A DNA stretch of 64,000 nt from an uncultured cyanobacterium (GCA_963703315.1 OY969811.1:1440001-1504000), one strand, 5' to 3'. Positions 11,538 through 21,978 are shown, counted from the first letter of the stretch. The notes: a model not told the origin generated them from the sequence alone. A program made the numbers and translations.

Positions 11538-12380
11538 TTAGGGTTGATATTCTGGTTTTTCATGTTCCACTACAAACACATTGGAATAAAGATGAGCCAC
11601 AATCTCTTGCCCTTGTTGAGTAAGTGATAAATAGTACAAAGCATCTTTGACAAAGGGATATACGCTTGTCCAGTAAAACTTAGGATAGTTGCGGCGTAAA
11701 TCTCCTGGATGTGCATATCCGAGTGCGGCATTTACTCCAGTTTCTTCAAACTCATAAAATAAAGCCCCTATTTTTTTTAGATAACGGGGATCGCTGAGTT
11801 GCCCGATCAAATCTGCCGATCGCACCAAGCCCGCAAAATGCATCGTATCTTGATGGTCGCCAGTTTTAGGCACAGGAAATCTGGTGAGTTCAATATTGCG
11901 GCAAATTTTCTCTGCCTTAATTAAAGAATGATTAGCAAAGCGTTGATTGACAAATAGTTTGGCGCGATCGACATGGTAGGGAGTTAGTCCTGCATCCGAA
12001 GCCCCTGGGGGTAACTCCACCATCGCTTCGCCAATCCCAGTGGCATATTTACCATTGCCATCCTGAAGGCATACACCTTTGACATAGCCAATATCATGAC
12101 AAACTAAGGAAATAATAAAATGCAACCAATCTTCAGGAGAAACTCGCCCTTCACGAATATGCTTACCCCGTAAAATCTCCTGCCCAACCAAAGTTACCAA
12201 GATCGTATGTTCAACATTGTGGTAGAGCGCATCACTATTGGCAATATTTTCCAGAGCCATGTTGCCAGCCCAACCAATAATGTCTTCATAATCGTGGAGA
12301 TAACCGCCATAGGTGCGGCGATATCCTAGCTTTAGTTGCTCAACAAAATTCTTAATCAGAAGCTCGGTTGCATTAAACAT
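11538..12380 (-). CDS. HD-domain metal-dependent phosphohydrolase (Npun_R2479-like)
   Basis: YHNVEHT, CHDIGY, YHVDR, ADLIGQLSDP. Confidence 0.8.
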   Translation of the reverse strand: MFNATELLIKNFVEQLKLGYRRTYGGYLHDYEDIIGWAGNMALENIANSDALYHNVEHTILVTLVGQEILRGKHIREGRVSPEDWLHFIISLVCHDIGYVKGVCLQDGNGKYATGIGEAMVELPPGASDAGLTPYHVDRAKLFVNQRFANHSLIKAEKICRNIELTRFPVPKTGDHQDTMHFAGLVRSADLIGQLSDPRYLKKIGALFYEFEETGVNAALGYAHPGDLRRNYPKFYWTSVYPFVKDALYYLSLTQQGQEIVAHLYSNVFVVEHEKPEYQP

Positions 12381-12538
12381 ATATTTTGGTATGCCTATCT
12401 AAAGCTAAAACTTATTTTCAATAATAAGGCTAACTTTTGGTTTTAAGGCGATCGCTAATCAAGTTTCAGCGATTCTCATTGTAGAAATCAGTTTTAAATC
12501 TTAGACCTGTTATGTATGTTTGTGTCGGTGTTTCTGAA

Positions 12539-14155
12539 CTAACGATGTCTACCTAATGTAGTTATATATAAAACTGCTTCATCACTAGGAATGCCAAGCA
12601 CCTCATTGACTAGATCATCAAAGAAACCTGCAATTCCACTTACGCCTAAACCTAAACCGATCGCTGCTAGATTGAGACGTTGCCCTAGATGACCAGCATC
12701 CATGTGCAAATAGCGATATACGCGATCGCCATATTTAGCAACGGCTCGTTTGAGGTCAGCAGTATGGAAAATGACTGCTCCTGCATCGCGTCCTAGTTCT
12801 TGACCGAGACAGAGATAATGGAGTTCATCACGAAAGTTTTTAAAGCGGATTTGGCGTAACTCTTGCGATTTAGGAGCGTAATAGTAACAACCTTCCTCTA
12901 GCCCTTCTACACCTGTAACGGCGATAAAGGTTTCAATCAAACTGAGATCGAAGTATTCAGGATGTCCATCGATACCTTGGTCGGCATAGTGTTGTGGTTG
13001 ATAGGTAAAGTCGAGAATTGCTTTAAGTTCGGCTAACTCTAGGTTTGCGCCACTATATTCACGAGTCGATCGCCGTTGCAAGATCGTATTTTCTAGTAGT
13101 TCTAGATCATCACCCCAATGAATACTTGCAGTGACAGTACTAACTTTGGTGCAGAAAGGGAAGTTATATTTATCGATATCTTGATTGGGAACTTGATCAG
13201 GATTGGCTGACTCTTGGCTATCTATCTGTTGCCAAAGCTTTGGCATATTTGGCTTTTCACTAATTTGTGTAGACTGATGCAAATATCCTAATAGTTCACC
13301 ATCAGGAAGTTTCGGATAGCTAGTCGTAGTTACCGAAGGTAAAGCCGTCATCAATCCTCTTGTGTCCATATTTGATGATCGATGCATGGGCAATCGTGAT
13401 TCTTGTCCTCTGCCAATACGCTCCTCATCTTGGAGATCGAGAATTGGCACGATCGCGATCGCTCCTTCCACTTGTTTATCTAAAAAGAGCAGTTCATTCA
13501 CCGCTTCATCGGCAAAGCCTCCGATCAGAGAAGCTTGATAATCCTCAATGGAACTTGCTAAATCGATATTACCGAGCAAATGCCCTGTGTCCAGAAAAAT
13601 GCGGCGATAAGCCCGATCTTGATAGCGCCATGCGGATCGATAAAATACGGAAGTAATAGCGATCGCCATGCGGGTATTTTGTAGAGCAGGATGACCGAAA
13701 CAAGCTTTTTGTAAGCCTCCCCAAACATTTTGATCTTGCCAAAAATGAATCAAGCTATGAGTTTTGACTTGATAGTTATAAATTCCTGCGGACAAAAGTG
13801 GTGTACCTGCGGAAATTAGATATAACTCGGCAGGATATAAGCCCCCTGCGGAAGGTGCAGACCGCAAGTAAAACGCTTCACCTGTGACCGTTGGTACTCG
13901 TGCCGTCAACCCATAACTACAAAATAGCAACCGTGAGAGCCGCCGCCACCGACTCGCCAACAACCCATCGCGATCGGATTGAATATCTTCAGTCAGATAG
14001 GGCTTGAGGTCATAGATCGTGCCAATTTTATAGTCCTTATATGGGGAGGGCTGGGCGCTCCAGTCTAAGCTCTGACTCTTACTCGCAATAGTCTCAGGCA
14101 CATACTTAGTGCGCTCGTGGTAATGTTCTGCGAAGGAAAGTTGGGCTTCAGGCAT
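12539..14155 (-). CDS. SagB/ThcOx-family two-domain nitroreductase-like dehydrogenase
   Basis: YHERTKY, RSAPSAGGLYP, DTGH, RRSTR, DAGHLGQ. Start set to ATG 14155 because the track extension runs through a repeat. Confidence 0.85.
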   Translation of the reverse strand: MPEAQLSFAEHYHERTKYVPETIASKSQSLDWSAQPSPYKDYKIGTIYDLKPYLTEDIQSDRDGLLASRWRRLSRLLFCSYGLTARVPTVTGEAFYLRSAPSAGGLYPAELYLISAGTPLLSAGIYNYQVKTHSLIHFWQDQNVWGGLQKACFGHPALQNTRMAIAITSVFYRSAWRYQDRAYRRIFLDTGHLLGNIDLASSIEDYQASLIGGFADEAVNELLFLDKQVEGAIAIVPILDLQDEERIGRGQESRLPMHRSSNMDTRGLMTALPSVTTTSYPKLPDGELLGYLHQSTQISEKPNMPKLWQQIDSQESANPDQVPNQDIDKYNFPFCTKVSTVTASIHWGDDLELLENTILQRRSTREYSGANLELAELKAILDFTYQPQHYADQGIDGHPEYFDLSLIETFIAVTGVEGLEEGCYYYAPKSQELRQIRFKNFRDELHYLCLGQELGRDAGAVIFHTADLKRAVAKYGDRVYRYLHMDAGHLGQRLNLAAIGLGLGVSGIAGFFDDLVNEVLGIPSDEAVLYITTLGRHR

Positions 14156-14486
14156 GGCTTTGCAAATAGTCAGCAGGTAAATATAGCGATCGCCAGTTTT
14201 GATAACCAGAAGACGAGTGGCGGCGCTTTGCGCCGCCACTCGTTTCCAAATACAGATGGCGGCGGCTATAAGTCTGATGTTACAGCAGTTTTTGATCAAA
14301 AGAACCGCCTGAGATTTTTAAAAAGCATTGCTTTGTAACGCTTTTTAAAAATCTCAGGTGCTAGGACTGAGAAAATAGATCAAAACTGCGATCGCATCAA
14401 TCATCAATTCGCTTATGATAGAAAGGTTGTCAAAAATTTTCTAATCAAAAGTCAGGAAATTCTCATATTAGTACAGGGATAACATC

Positions 14487-14663
14487 ATGGCAGTACCCAA
14501 GAAACGCACTTCTAAATCTAAGCGTGATATTCGCAAAGCCGTATGGAAACATAAAGCCGCAGTGCAAGCTCAAAAAGCAATCTCGTTAGGTAAGTCCATA
14601 CTCTCAGGCAAAAACGATGGTTTTGTCTATCCATTGGCACAAGAAACCGAAGACGAAGAATAA
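14487..14663 (+). CDS. rpmF: 50S ribosomal protein L32
   Basis: Hand translation [41 protein letters not shown]...EDEE*, 58 aa (below the ORF-track cutoff). Confidence 0.95.
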   Translation: MAVPKKRTSKSKRDIRKAVWKHKAAVQAQKAISLGKSILSGKNDGFVYPLAQETEDEE

Positions 14664-14673
14664 TCGTTTCCCC

Positions 14674-14708
14674 AAAAAAAGAGAGAGGCAAAGCCTCTCT
14701 CTTTTTTT
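14674..14708. terminator. Bidirectional terminator
   Basis: aaaaaaagagagaggc-aaa-gcctctctcttttttt. Confidence 0.8.
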
Positions 14709-15126
14709 ATGATTGTTTTGCCAAACTTTCTTTGATACAAGCACCAATCTGGGTGTCGATTCGTAAAATGTGACTTACCAACCATTCACATAGCTCATCA
14801 TAGATTTTTTTAGCAATTTCTTCGCTGGCATTACTCTGACGATACTGGTCGTGCAGTTTGCCAAAGGTCTCAATAAATTTTTTATGCGCTTCTTGATTGA
14901 CACCTGCCATTGGGCAGCTATGTTTTGCTGCACAGGTTTCTTCATTGCCAAAATGCCACTCAGCATAGAACTTGAGAAATACTAATAGTTTTTTAATCGC
15001 ATTTGCGCCATTCCCCTTTTCGATCGCCTCGCCAATTTCGTTAGTAGCCGCAATCAATTCCTTGTGTTGCGTGTCAATCATGGGGACACCTGTACTCAAA
15101 GAATCACTCCACTCAAATCTTTTCAT
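14707..15126 (-). CDS. Bacteriohemerythrin
   Basis: W...TGVPMIDTQHKEL, HFGNEE, H, WLVSHILRID. Confidence 0.9.
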   Translation of the reverse strand: MKRFEWSDSLSTGVPMIDTQHKELIAATNEIGEAIEKGNGANAIKKLLVFLKFYAEWHFGNEETCAAKHSCPMAGVNQEAHKKFIETFGKLHDQYRQSNASEEIAKKIYDELCEWLVSHILRIDTQIGACIKESLAKQS

Positions 15127-15322
15127 ATCATTTCTCTCAATGCGTTATGGGTGCAAGATAGTGGTGGCGTGGTGCGTCACCATTATCTTGGTTGTTTTGC
15201 GTTGCTATATATCAATTGTCTGACTAATAAATTTGAGATAGGGAAAAAGTAATATAAATTTAATCTAAAACCTCGATCTTAAAAATAAACGTGAAGCGAA
15301 GCCTCACGTTTGATTTTTAGGA

Positions 15323-15958
15323 TTAACTCAACATAGTGGCGGCTAACTTCCATAGTTGATGACCAATCCCTAAACCAATCACACAAGGAATTGTGAGTAT
15401 CATAATTGCTGTAAGAGATTTACGCTTTTGCTTAATCAAAGATTCACCAACCAAGGCGATCGCGGTAATACCAAGCCACACCATGATCGATAGAACAATG
15501 AAATAGAACTTAATCCTGATTAAAAATACTAGTCCCCCCACAATCAAAAAACCACTGACTAGATAGCTCCATTTCATTAGCTCATAGTCAGCCAATGCGG
15601 TAAGAGTAGGCAATAGTGCCGCAATCACAAAGCCAGCGATCGCCAGATTATAGTGCGATCGGATCGTTAATAATACTGATAAAAAATAGCCGATACAGGT
15701 ATAGCTGACAGCGATCACTACTAGCCATAGCCATAAAGGGTTTTGCTTTTTTACAGAGTCTTTTAGCTGAGATACACGAAACTTAGGAATGCTAAATTTT
15801 GGTGCTTTCCAACTGGGCTTAAAGCGCGGAAGGTTGAAAAACTTTGCTCTTTTCGATAATTTTGATCTTGACGAGTCAGAGTTTGAGAAACCATTGGGAG
15901 CTTGTGATGTATCCGTTGGAGGTTGTTGGTTTTCTGATTCGTCAAGATCCTCAGCCAT
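15323..15958 (-). CDS. Hypothetical membrane protein
   Basis: Basic disordered N-terminus plus about 5 TM segments; directly downstream of argB. Confidence 0.6.
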   Translation of the reverse strand: MAEDLDESENQQPPTDTSQAPNGFSNSDSSRSKLSKRAKFFNLPRFKPSWKAPKFSIPKFRVSQLKDSVKKQNPLWLWLVVIAVSYTCIGYFLSVLLTIRSHYNLAIAGFVIAALLPTLTALADYELMKWSYLVSGFLIVGGLVFLIRIKFYFIVLSIMVWLGITAIALVGESLIKQKRKSLTAIMILTIPCVIGLGIGHQLWKLAATMLS

Positions 15959-15973
15959 ATTTTTTACCTATAT

Positions 15974-16843
15974 TTAAAGTGCAGTTTCTGAGGCAACGAT
16001 CATTGAGCCAACGCCGCTATTCGTGAAAATTTCTAGTAACAGTGAATGCGGTACTCGTCCATCGACAATATGTGCCGCTTTCACACCTTGAGCTAGCGAT
16101 CGCACACAGCACTGCACTTTAGGAATCATCCCACCACTAACTACATTTTCATTCATCAGTTCTCTAGCTTTGCTGATCGTTAGACTGCGATAGAGAGTAC
16201 TAGGATCTTTGTAATTATGCAGAATTCCTGCAATGTCAGTGAGCAAAATCAATTTTTCGGCTCCTAATGCCGCCGCAAGCTCACCTGCGACCGTATCAGC
16301 ATTGATGTTGTAGGATTGCCCAGTTTCATCGGTTGCCACACTGGACACGACAGGGATATGTCCTGCTTCGAGCAAGGTGGAGAGCAGACCAATATTAATG
16401 CCACTGACTTCACCGACAAAGCCGATCGCGTCATTACCCTGTGGACGAGCGCGGATCAAGTTGCCATCTTTACCACATAGTCCCACACCAGAACCACCCG
16501 CAAGGTTAATCATTTCCACGATTTGCTTATTGACGCGCCCTACTAACACCATTTCCACGACTTCCATCGTCTCAGCATCGGTGACCCGCAAACCATCGAT
16601 GAACTGTGGTTTGATATTGAGCTTAGTCAGCCATGTATTGATTTCGGGACCACCACCATGTACTAGCACAGGGCGCAATCCCATAAATGACATCGTAACA
16701 ACATCACGGATCACGTCCTGTCGCAGGTTTTCTTCTTTCATCGCTGCGCCGCCATATTTGACGACAATGGTTCGCCCTGCAAATTGCTGCATATATGGCA
16801 GAGCTTCACTGAGAACCTGAACGCGATCGCTGTCTGTTAGCAT
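15974..16843 (-). CDS. argB: Acetylglutamate kinase
   Basis: [33 protein letters not shown]. Confidence 0.97.
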   Translation of the reverse strand: MLTDSDRVQVLSEALPYMQQFAGRTIVVKYGGAAMKEENLRQDVIRDVVTMSFMGLRPVLVHGGGPEINTWLTKLNIKPQFIDGLRVTDAETMEVVEMVLVGRVNKQIVEMINLAGGSGVGLCGKDGNLIRARPQGNDAIGFVGEVSGINIGLLSTLLEAGHIPVVSSVATDETGQSYNINADTVAGELAAALGAEKLILLTDIAGILHNYKDPSTLYRSLTISKARELMNENVVSGGMIPKVQCCVRSLAQGVKAAHIVDGRVPHSLLLEIFTNSGVGSMIVASETAL

Positions 16844-16974
16844 TTAACGCCTCGACTACTTAAAAAAATACTTTGATTAACCTTACAACCTCAATTACCC
16901 CCATAGACAAGCTAATTAAGCTTTTTATTAATATTCGATAACTTTCACGAAAGACAGAAGACTGAGTAATCCTT

Positions 16975-17077
16975 ATACCAATTCACAAAAGTGTGCCAAC
17001 ACTTTTGTGAATTAAAAACCAAACCCAGTAAAGGTTTTCAAAACTAAAAATGGCGTAGCCATTTTTAGTTTTGGTAT
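16975..17077. repeat. 103-bp two-hairpin MITE/REP-like element, family D (ATACCAA...TTGGTAT)
   Basis: Near-identical co-oriented copy at 44554..44656; partial relative near 48170-48222. Confidence 0.85.
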
Positions 17078-17328
17078 TACTCGCTGTATAGTCTGCGGAA
17101 ACGGGGATCGATTTTATCGCTTTTGATTTGATTGCAGGTAAAGCAGAGGGTTTGCAGGTTGCTAAGGTCGTTGCTGCCGCCTTTGGCTAAGGGGTGAATA
17201 TGATCGATGACTAGGCTTTTGGCGGTAAGGTCGATTTTGCGGCAACTTTGACATTGATAGTTATTGCGATCGAAGACATATTTTCTCACTTCGGGTGGGA
17301 TGTTAATACGTTGTGTTTTGTCTGCCAT
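17077..17328 (-). CDS. Small HNH endonuclease
   Basis: CQSC...IDHIHPLAKGGSNDLSNLQTLCFTCN. Confidence 0.9.
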   Translation of the reverse strand: MADKTQRINIPPEVRKYVFDRNNYQCQSCRKIDLTAKSLVIDHIHPLAKGGSNDLSNLQTLCFTCNQIKSDKIDPRFRRLYSE

Positions 17329-17336
17329 AGATTGAG

Positions 17337-17822
17337 CTAGTCAGGTTGAGGATAAAAGTCTAAATCTAGTATTTCGAGAATACTAAAAGGACAAGCGACT
17401 GGAAAAGTTGCTAATGCTAAGTTTGTCTCTACCATTGCCTCCCGTAGAGCGCGTTGATAGGTTTTGTTTATCCATTCGCGATCACTAAGAAATCGTCGCA
17501 AACTGGGGCTTTCTTCTAAATATTCATCGATATTCAACCGTTCGCGATTGATGGTGATTTTCCAGCTATGGCTTTGGCGATCGCTTTGATATTTCCATTT
17601 GAGCAAGTGCATTAATATTAATCTCAATGAGCTTTGCAAGGAGTGTTGTTGACTTTTGCCCAAGTCTGCTATTTCCTCTATTAGATTTTCTAAATCTATA
17701 TCTTGCCATTGCTGCGATCGCAAAAGTTCTACGGTTTCTTCTGCCCAAGCCAAAAAATCGCTATTATACAAATCTCGTTTTTTAGTTGGAGTTAATAGAT
17801 CCATTGTTTTGCTCTCAATCAA
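17337..17822 (-). CDS. DUF29 family protein
   Basis: LYNSDFLAW, DLENLIEEIADLGKS, HLLKWKYQ, SPSL, FPVACPF. Confidence 0.9.
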   Translation of the reverse strand: MIESKTMDLLTPTKKRDLYNSDFLAWAEETVELLRSQQWQDIDLENLIEEIADLGKSQQHSLQSSLRLILMHLLKWKYQSDRQSHSWKITINRERLNIDEYLEESPSLRRFLSDREWINKTYQRALREAMVETNLALATFPVACPFSILEILDLDFYPQPD

Positions 17823-17837
17823 GCTTGACTAAAAATA

Positions 17838-18194
17838 TTATAATTCCGCAATCTTACGAATTTCATCTAATGGACTATCAAAATTTTCAACAATTTCTTC
17901 TGTAGATGACTCATCAGGAATAAATTGCAATTCTATTTTTAGTCTAATCTTTCCCAGTCGCCAACCCCTTTGATTGGTTGTCATCACACGACATGGAATA
18001 CCCTCTTCAAATTTTTTTAAGAACTCATCAGTTAAACTTATTAATCTCAGAATACCTTTTTTGAATTCATTAAATTCAAAAGTCTTAGAAATACTAAATC
18101 TGTTTTTAATAGCAGAAAGACAAATGCTATACTCTTCATCCTCAGTAAAAGAAATAACATCATCTAAACTTAAATTCTCTATTTTGTTACTCAT
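17838..18194 (-). CDS. KGK domain protein (copy 3)
   Basis: DDVISF, EGIPCRVM, GWRLGKIRL, LQFIPDE, SPLDEIR. Likely start ATG 18194. Confidence 0.85.
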   Translation of the reverse strand: MSNKIENLSLDDVISFTEDEEYSICLSAIKNRFSISKTFEFNEFKKGILRLISLTDEFLKKFEEGIPCRVMTTNQRGWRLGKIRLKIELQFIPDESSTEEIVENFDSPLDEIRKIAEL

Positions 18195-18217
18195 AAAATT
18201 TAACTCTATATAAAACA

Positions 18218-18580
18218 TTAAATACTAGTGTTACGAATTTCATCCAATGGACTTTCAGAAGAGAATAGAGTTTGATGATTTTCAGTTTTACTTACTTCAT
18301 CAGGAATAAATTTTAAACTTAATTTGACTTTACCCTTCATCCAACCCTGTCTCCGAGGTGTCATCATTTGGCAAGGAATACCTTCTTTGATCATTGGTTT
18401 AACATCATCCAGAAAATTTATTTTCTCAATTAGAGCGTTAATAAAAGTATCTGATCGAAATAAAGTGGAAATCTCTAATGTGTTTATTATATCTTCAATA
18501 AAAACTACAATTTTCTTGTCTTGATCCTCTTCAAAAGAAAGAACATCATCTGATTGAACAATCTCACTTTTTTCTGTCAT
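18218..18580 (-). CDS. KGK domain protein (copy 2)
   Basis: DDVLSF, EGIPCQMM, GWMKGKVKL, FIPDE, SPLDEIR. Confidence 0.9.
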   Translation of the reverse strand: MTEKSEIVQSDDVLSFEEDQDKKIVVFIEDIINTLEISTLFRSDTFINALIEKINFLDDVKPMIKEGIPCQMMTPRRQGWMKGKVKLSLKFIPDEVSKTENHQTLFSSESPLDEIRNTSI

Positions 18581-18639
18581 GTTTTTTATCTACTTAAATA
18601 ATTTTAGAATTCCTAAAGCATTTGTTGAAGCAATATTAC

Positions 18640-18984
18640 TTACTCAACATTATTGCGGATCTCATCTAGTAAGCTGTTAGAGTTATTATTAGATGAGTGT
18701 AAAATCTGATTATCCTCATTCTCTCTTTGGGTTTCATCGGCAATAAAATGCAACCCTAACTTCACTTTTCCTGATACCCAACCTTTTTGGCGAGTTGTCA
18801 TTACCCGACAAGAAATACCTTCTTTTAAAAGGCGTTTAGGATCAGATAAAGATTCTATCAAATTTCCCACTTTAAACAAGTAGGAGATATCCATAGCATT
18901 TATTAAATCCTCAATGGCTTTGTCTCCAGATTCATTAATTTCTACAACATCATCAGATTGTAAAAGCTCAAAGTCTTCTTGCAT
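18640..18984 (-). CDS. KGK domain protein (copy 1)
   Basis: DDVVEI, EGISCRVM, GWVSGKVKL, FIADE, SLLDEIR. Confidence 0.85.
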   Translation of the reverse strand: MQEDFELLQSDDVVEINESGDKAIEDLINAMDISYLFKVGNLIESLSDPKRLLKEGISCRVMTTRQKGWVSGKVKLGLHFIADETQRENEDNQILHSSNNNSNSLLDEIRNNVE

Positions 18985-19068
18985 ATACTTATTATTAAAA
19001 ACTTAATTCTACATTTTGATAATTGTATCTTACAGTTATTGTATATTTGACAAAAATTATAATCTATA

Positions 19069-19290
19069 TTAAATATATACGCTTAAACGATGCTCACGAT
19101 CAGCAGCAAATATTAAACAAGCTCTAATATCTTCTTTTGTCAATTCTGGGAAATCGTCTATAATCTCATCCTGCGACATTCCAGATGCTAACCATCCCAA
19201 GACATCATAGACAGTGATCCGCATTCGGCGAATACAAGGCTTTCCGCCACGCTTATCTGGTTCAATAGTAATAACATTTTGGAAACTCAT
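19069..19290 (-). CDS. DUF433 protein (antitoxin-like, no adjacent toxin)
   Basis: KRGGKPCIRRMRITVYDVL...DFPELTKEDIRACL. Confidence 0.9.
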   Translation of the reverse strand: MSFQNVITIEPDKRGGKPCIRRMRITVYDVLGWLASGMSQDEIIDDFPELTKEDIRACLIFAADREHRLSVYI

Positions 19291-19373
19291 AGATCTATCT
19301 TCCTAAATTAAGAATTATTATATCAAACAATAATTTACTGCTTAACATAATAACTCCTAACTTGAAATTAACT

Positions 19374-21851
19374 TTAATTTCCTGAATCGATCGCCTCATC
19401 CACAATAAAAGATTCAGCATCAATTACATCAGTAATAACTGTGGGAATTAATAAATCAGTCTCGCTGATGATTGGTAGATTCTTGCGTGATAAATCTAAT
19501 ACTTCTAAACATTGATTAATGCCAGAAACTGCCTCATTGTAAATAGCAATATTTTTCTCTACAGCAACTTGTAAACTACGATTTTTGTCGAGCTTTACCT
19601 GTGCCTCCTTCTCCAAAGTTTGCGCCAAATAATCACGAGCATTGTCGTATTGCTGCAAAATTGCATTCGATTGTTTTTCTACACTTGTTAGCAAATGTGT
19701 ACTCAAAGTTTGATTAATTGATTGACGGAAAGTACGAATAATCGTGTCCTTTACCTTCAACTCAAAATCAAGCTTTAACAACTGCCGAATTGCTGGCTCA
19801 GCCTCGATCATGCTCTGATAGTCATAGCCACGACAGGCTTGCTGCAAGGTTTGACGCAATTGGTAGATTGAGTTTGTCCCCTCTGCATAAAACTCTGGAC
19901 GTTCGCGCACATAGCGATCGCATTCTGTTCTGGCTTCATTGACCAAGGCATCAGTTGCTGTGATTGCCAGCTTTTCTAGCCTCGCCTCAATGCCGCCATC
20001 GTTACCCAATAGGCGATAAAGTTCCCGATAATATTCCGTTTTCTTGATCGACTCGATCAAATTCTGGAAGAAATTTTCCACAATCCTTTGCGAATTCTCC
20101 ACCAACACATCTTCTAGCTCATTGGCTAAATAGTAGAAACCTTCCGCCAAAATCCCCATCACAGGCACAACGGAATTGCGGCGGTGACTGGCTTGGGCGC
20201 GTTGATGCACATCGGCAACCGAGAAATAGCCAATCAACTCATCCAAACGCCGCACCATGTTCTCTTTGAGCTTGCGATAGTCAGCTTCCAATGCTTGATT
20301 CTTATTGCTTGCCACCGCATCATTTAGCTCTTGAGCAATATGTTCGCGGAGGCGATCACCTATTTGTTTGAGGTCATGACCGAGCTTCTGTAACTCCTGC
20401 AACTTGATCGCAGCAATATCGCGGGGTTGACTTTCGAGCTTGTGCCACGAATCCAGATAGGACTGACGCAGGGCAATACAAATGGGCTGCAAGTCATCAG
20501 CAAGATCGGCAAATAGCAAGGGGCGCTTCTCATTGGTGAGATAATTGGTAATTGCGTTGCGAAACTCCTCAATGCCGCTATCCTTAATCAGTTGATTGAT
20601 TACATCCGTTCCCAACTTGTCAAGTAAGCGCACATACTTTTCATTCTTAATGCTGGTTTTCAAAACGTTGGGAGGAATCTCAAATTTGTCAGGATTGAGC
20701 TTGCCAGAGACAAGACAATAGCTGTTGAATTCATTCACAAATTGCGGCGTATCCTCTTCACCACCTACAGATTTGACGCTTTCCGCAAAGATAGAATCTA
20801 GACCAAAGCGATCGCCAATACTGGTATTTCTAATTTGACTGCCATAAAATCCCAACAATCCACTGGTTTTATAGATTCTCGAAGTATTGCGAAATTGGCT
20901 CGAAATCGTTTGATTGAGACGCTGGAGCAATTGACTATTCATCCAAGTCTCATCAATGCGATTGAACACATAAAATACGCGATCGCGAATTCCTGCGTTA
21001 CTTTGAATCTTCTCACTGAGTTCCGTTTCCTCAGAAGTCAGTTCTCCAGATGAGGCGGTTTTCAGTACAAACACAACTGCGGAAGTGTCAGGATTTTCAA
21101 TTTTCTGGAAGGTTAAAGCGGCATCTTTTTTGACAGGGGCATCAATTCCGGGGGTGTCAATGATCACATTGCCATCTTGCAACAGAGGATGATTGCAATA
21201 ATATTCCACTCGTTTGAGAACTGCACTATTGGCTCCCCGTCTGGCATAGTCAGCCGCTTTCTTGAGATTGTCAAAACCAAACTGTTCCATCGAATAGGTA
21301 GAATTAGCCACCGAACTAATGCGATCGCGATTATTGATAAAACCTTCAATCAAGAGATTCAACGCATCCGCATCTTTGGCACGTTTCGATTTGCTCTTGC
21401 CTCCCTCCTGCTCGATTACCGCAAGAGTTTGAGTTTGCAACTGTTTCAGCGCATCGATTTGATTGATATTAGTCGGTGCGACCTGTCCGATTAATTGCGA
21501 TAGGGCTTGAATCTGTTCGCGCACTTCCACTTCATTCAGGAAGGTCAAGACCACACGCTCTTCACCAGCTTTAGCAAAGGCAATTTTGCATTCTGTCCCC
21601 GTAGCGTGTCCCTCAGCGCTGTAAAGTAATTCCCGTTCTAATAGCGCGTTAATCAACATCGATTTACCCGCACTAAAAGCCCCCGCAAACACAATCTCAA
21701 AGGTCGGCGCGATCGCCTTTCTTAATGAAGACTGGACAATACTGCCATCCTGTTGCGATCGCAGGGTTGGCTCCTGTTGCAAAAGTTGTAAAATCGCTTC
21801 AACTTGTGACTGTAAATCTTGACATTGTGGAAAAAGAGTTGGCAAAGTCAT
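19374..21851 (-). CDS. Dynamin-like GTPase (SynDLP/Slr0869-type)
   Basis: G1 GAFSAGKS, G3 DTPG, G4 NRID, long helical stalk; 825 aa; KGK genes downstream. Confidence 0.9.
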   Translation of the reverse strand: MTLPTLFPQCQDLQSQVEAILQLLQQEPTLRSQQDGSIVQSSLRKAIAPTFEIVFAGAFSAGKSMLINALLERELLYSAEGHATGTECKIAFAKAGEERVVLTFLNEVEVREQIQALSQLIGQVAPTNINQIDALKQLQTQTLAVIEQEGGKSKSKRAKDADALNLLIEGFINNRDRISSVANSTYSMEQFGFDNLKKAADYARRGANSAVLKRVEYYCNHPLLQDGNVIIDTPGIDAPVKKDAALTFQKIENPDTSAVVFVLKTASSGELTSEETELSEKIQSNAGIRDRVFYVFNRIDETWMNSQLLQRLNQTISSQFRNTSRIYKTSGLLGFYGSQIRNTSIGDRFGLDSIFAESVKSVGGEEDTPQFVNEFNSYCLVSGKLNPDKFEIPPNVLKTSIKNEKYVRLLDKLGTDVINQLIKDSGIEEFRNAITNYLTNEKRPLLFADLADDLQPICIALRQSYLDSWHKLESQPRDIAAIKLQELQKLGHDLKQIGDRLREHIAQELNDAVASNKNQALEADYRKLKENMVRRLDELIGYFSVADVHQRAQASHRRNSVVPVMGILAEGFYYLANELEDVLVENSQRIVENFFQNLIESIKKTEYYRELYRLLGNDGGIEARLEKLAITATDALVNEARTECDRYVRERPEFYAEGTNSIYQLRQTLQQACRGYDYQSMIEAEPAIRQLLKLDFELKVKDTIIRTFRQSINQTLSTHLLTSVEKQSNAILQQYDNARDYLAQTLEKEAQVKLDKNRSLQVAVEKNIAIYNEAVSGINQCLEVLDLSRKNLPIISETDLLIPTVITDVIDAESFIVDEAIDSGN

Positions 21852-21978
21852 GCAAGTTAATCCTTGATTTTTTTAGAAATTTGATGCTTTGTCATGAATA
21901 TATCATTAATATATCGCTCATAAAATATAAAGCTGTCAAATTCTAGGCAAGGGGCTTAAGCCCCTTGTTTTCAGGTTG

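Noticed and set aside
12539..14155. SagB-type dehydrogenase as part of a RiPP/thiazole cluster
   Set aside because: No YcaO cyclodehydratase, precursor peptide or transporter nearby; stand-alone homologues are common in cyanobacteria.
14156..14299. N-terminal extension of the SagB ORF in the track
   Set aside because: It reads through a family C palindrome; ATG 14155 is the more plausible start.
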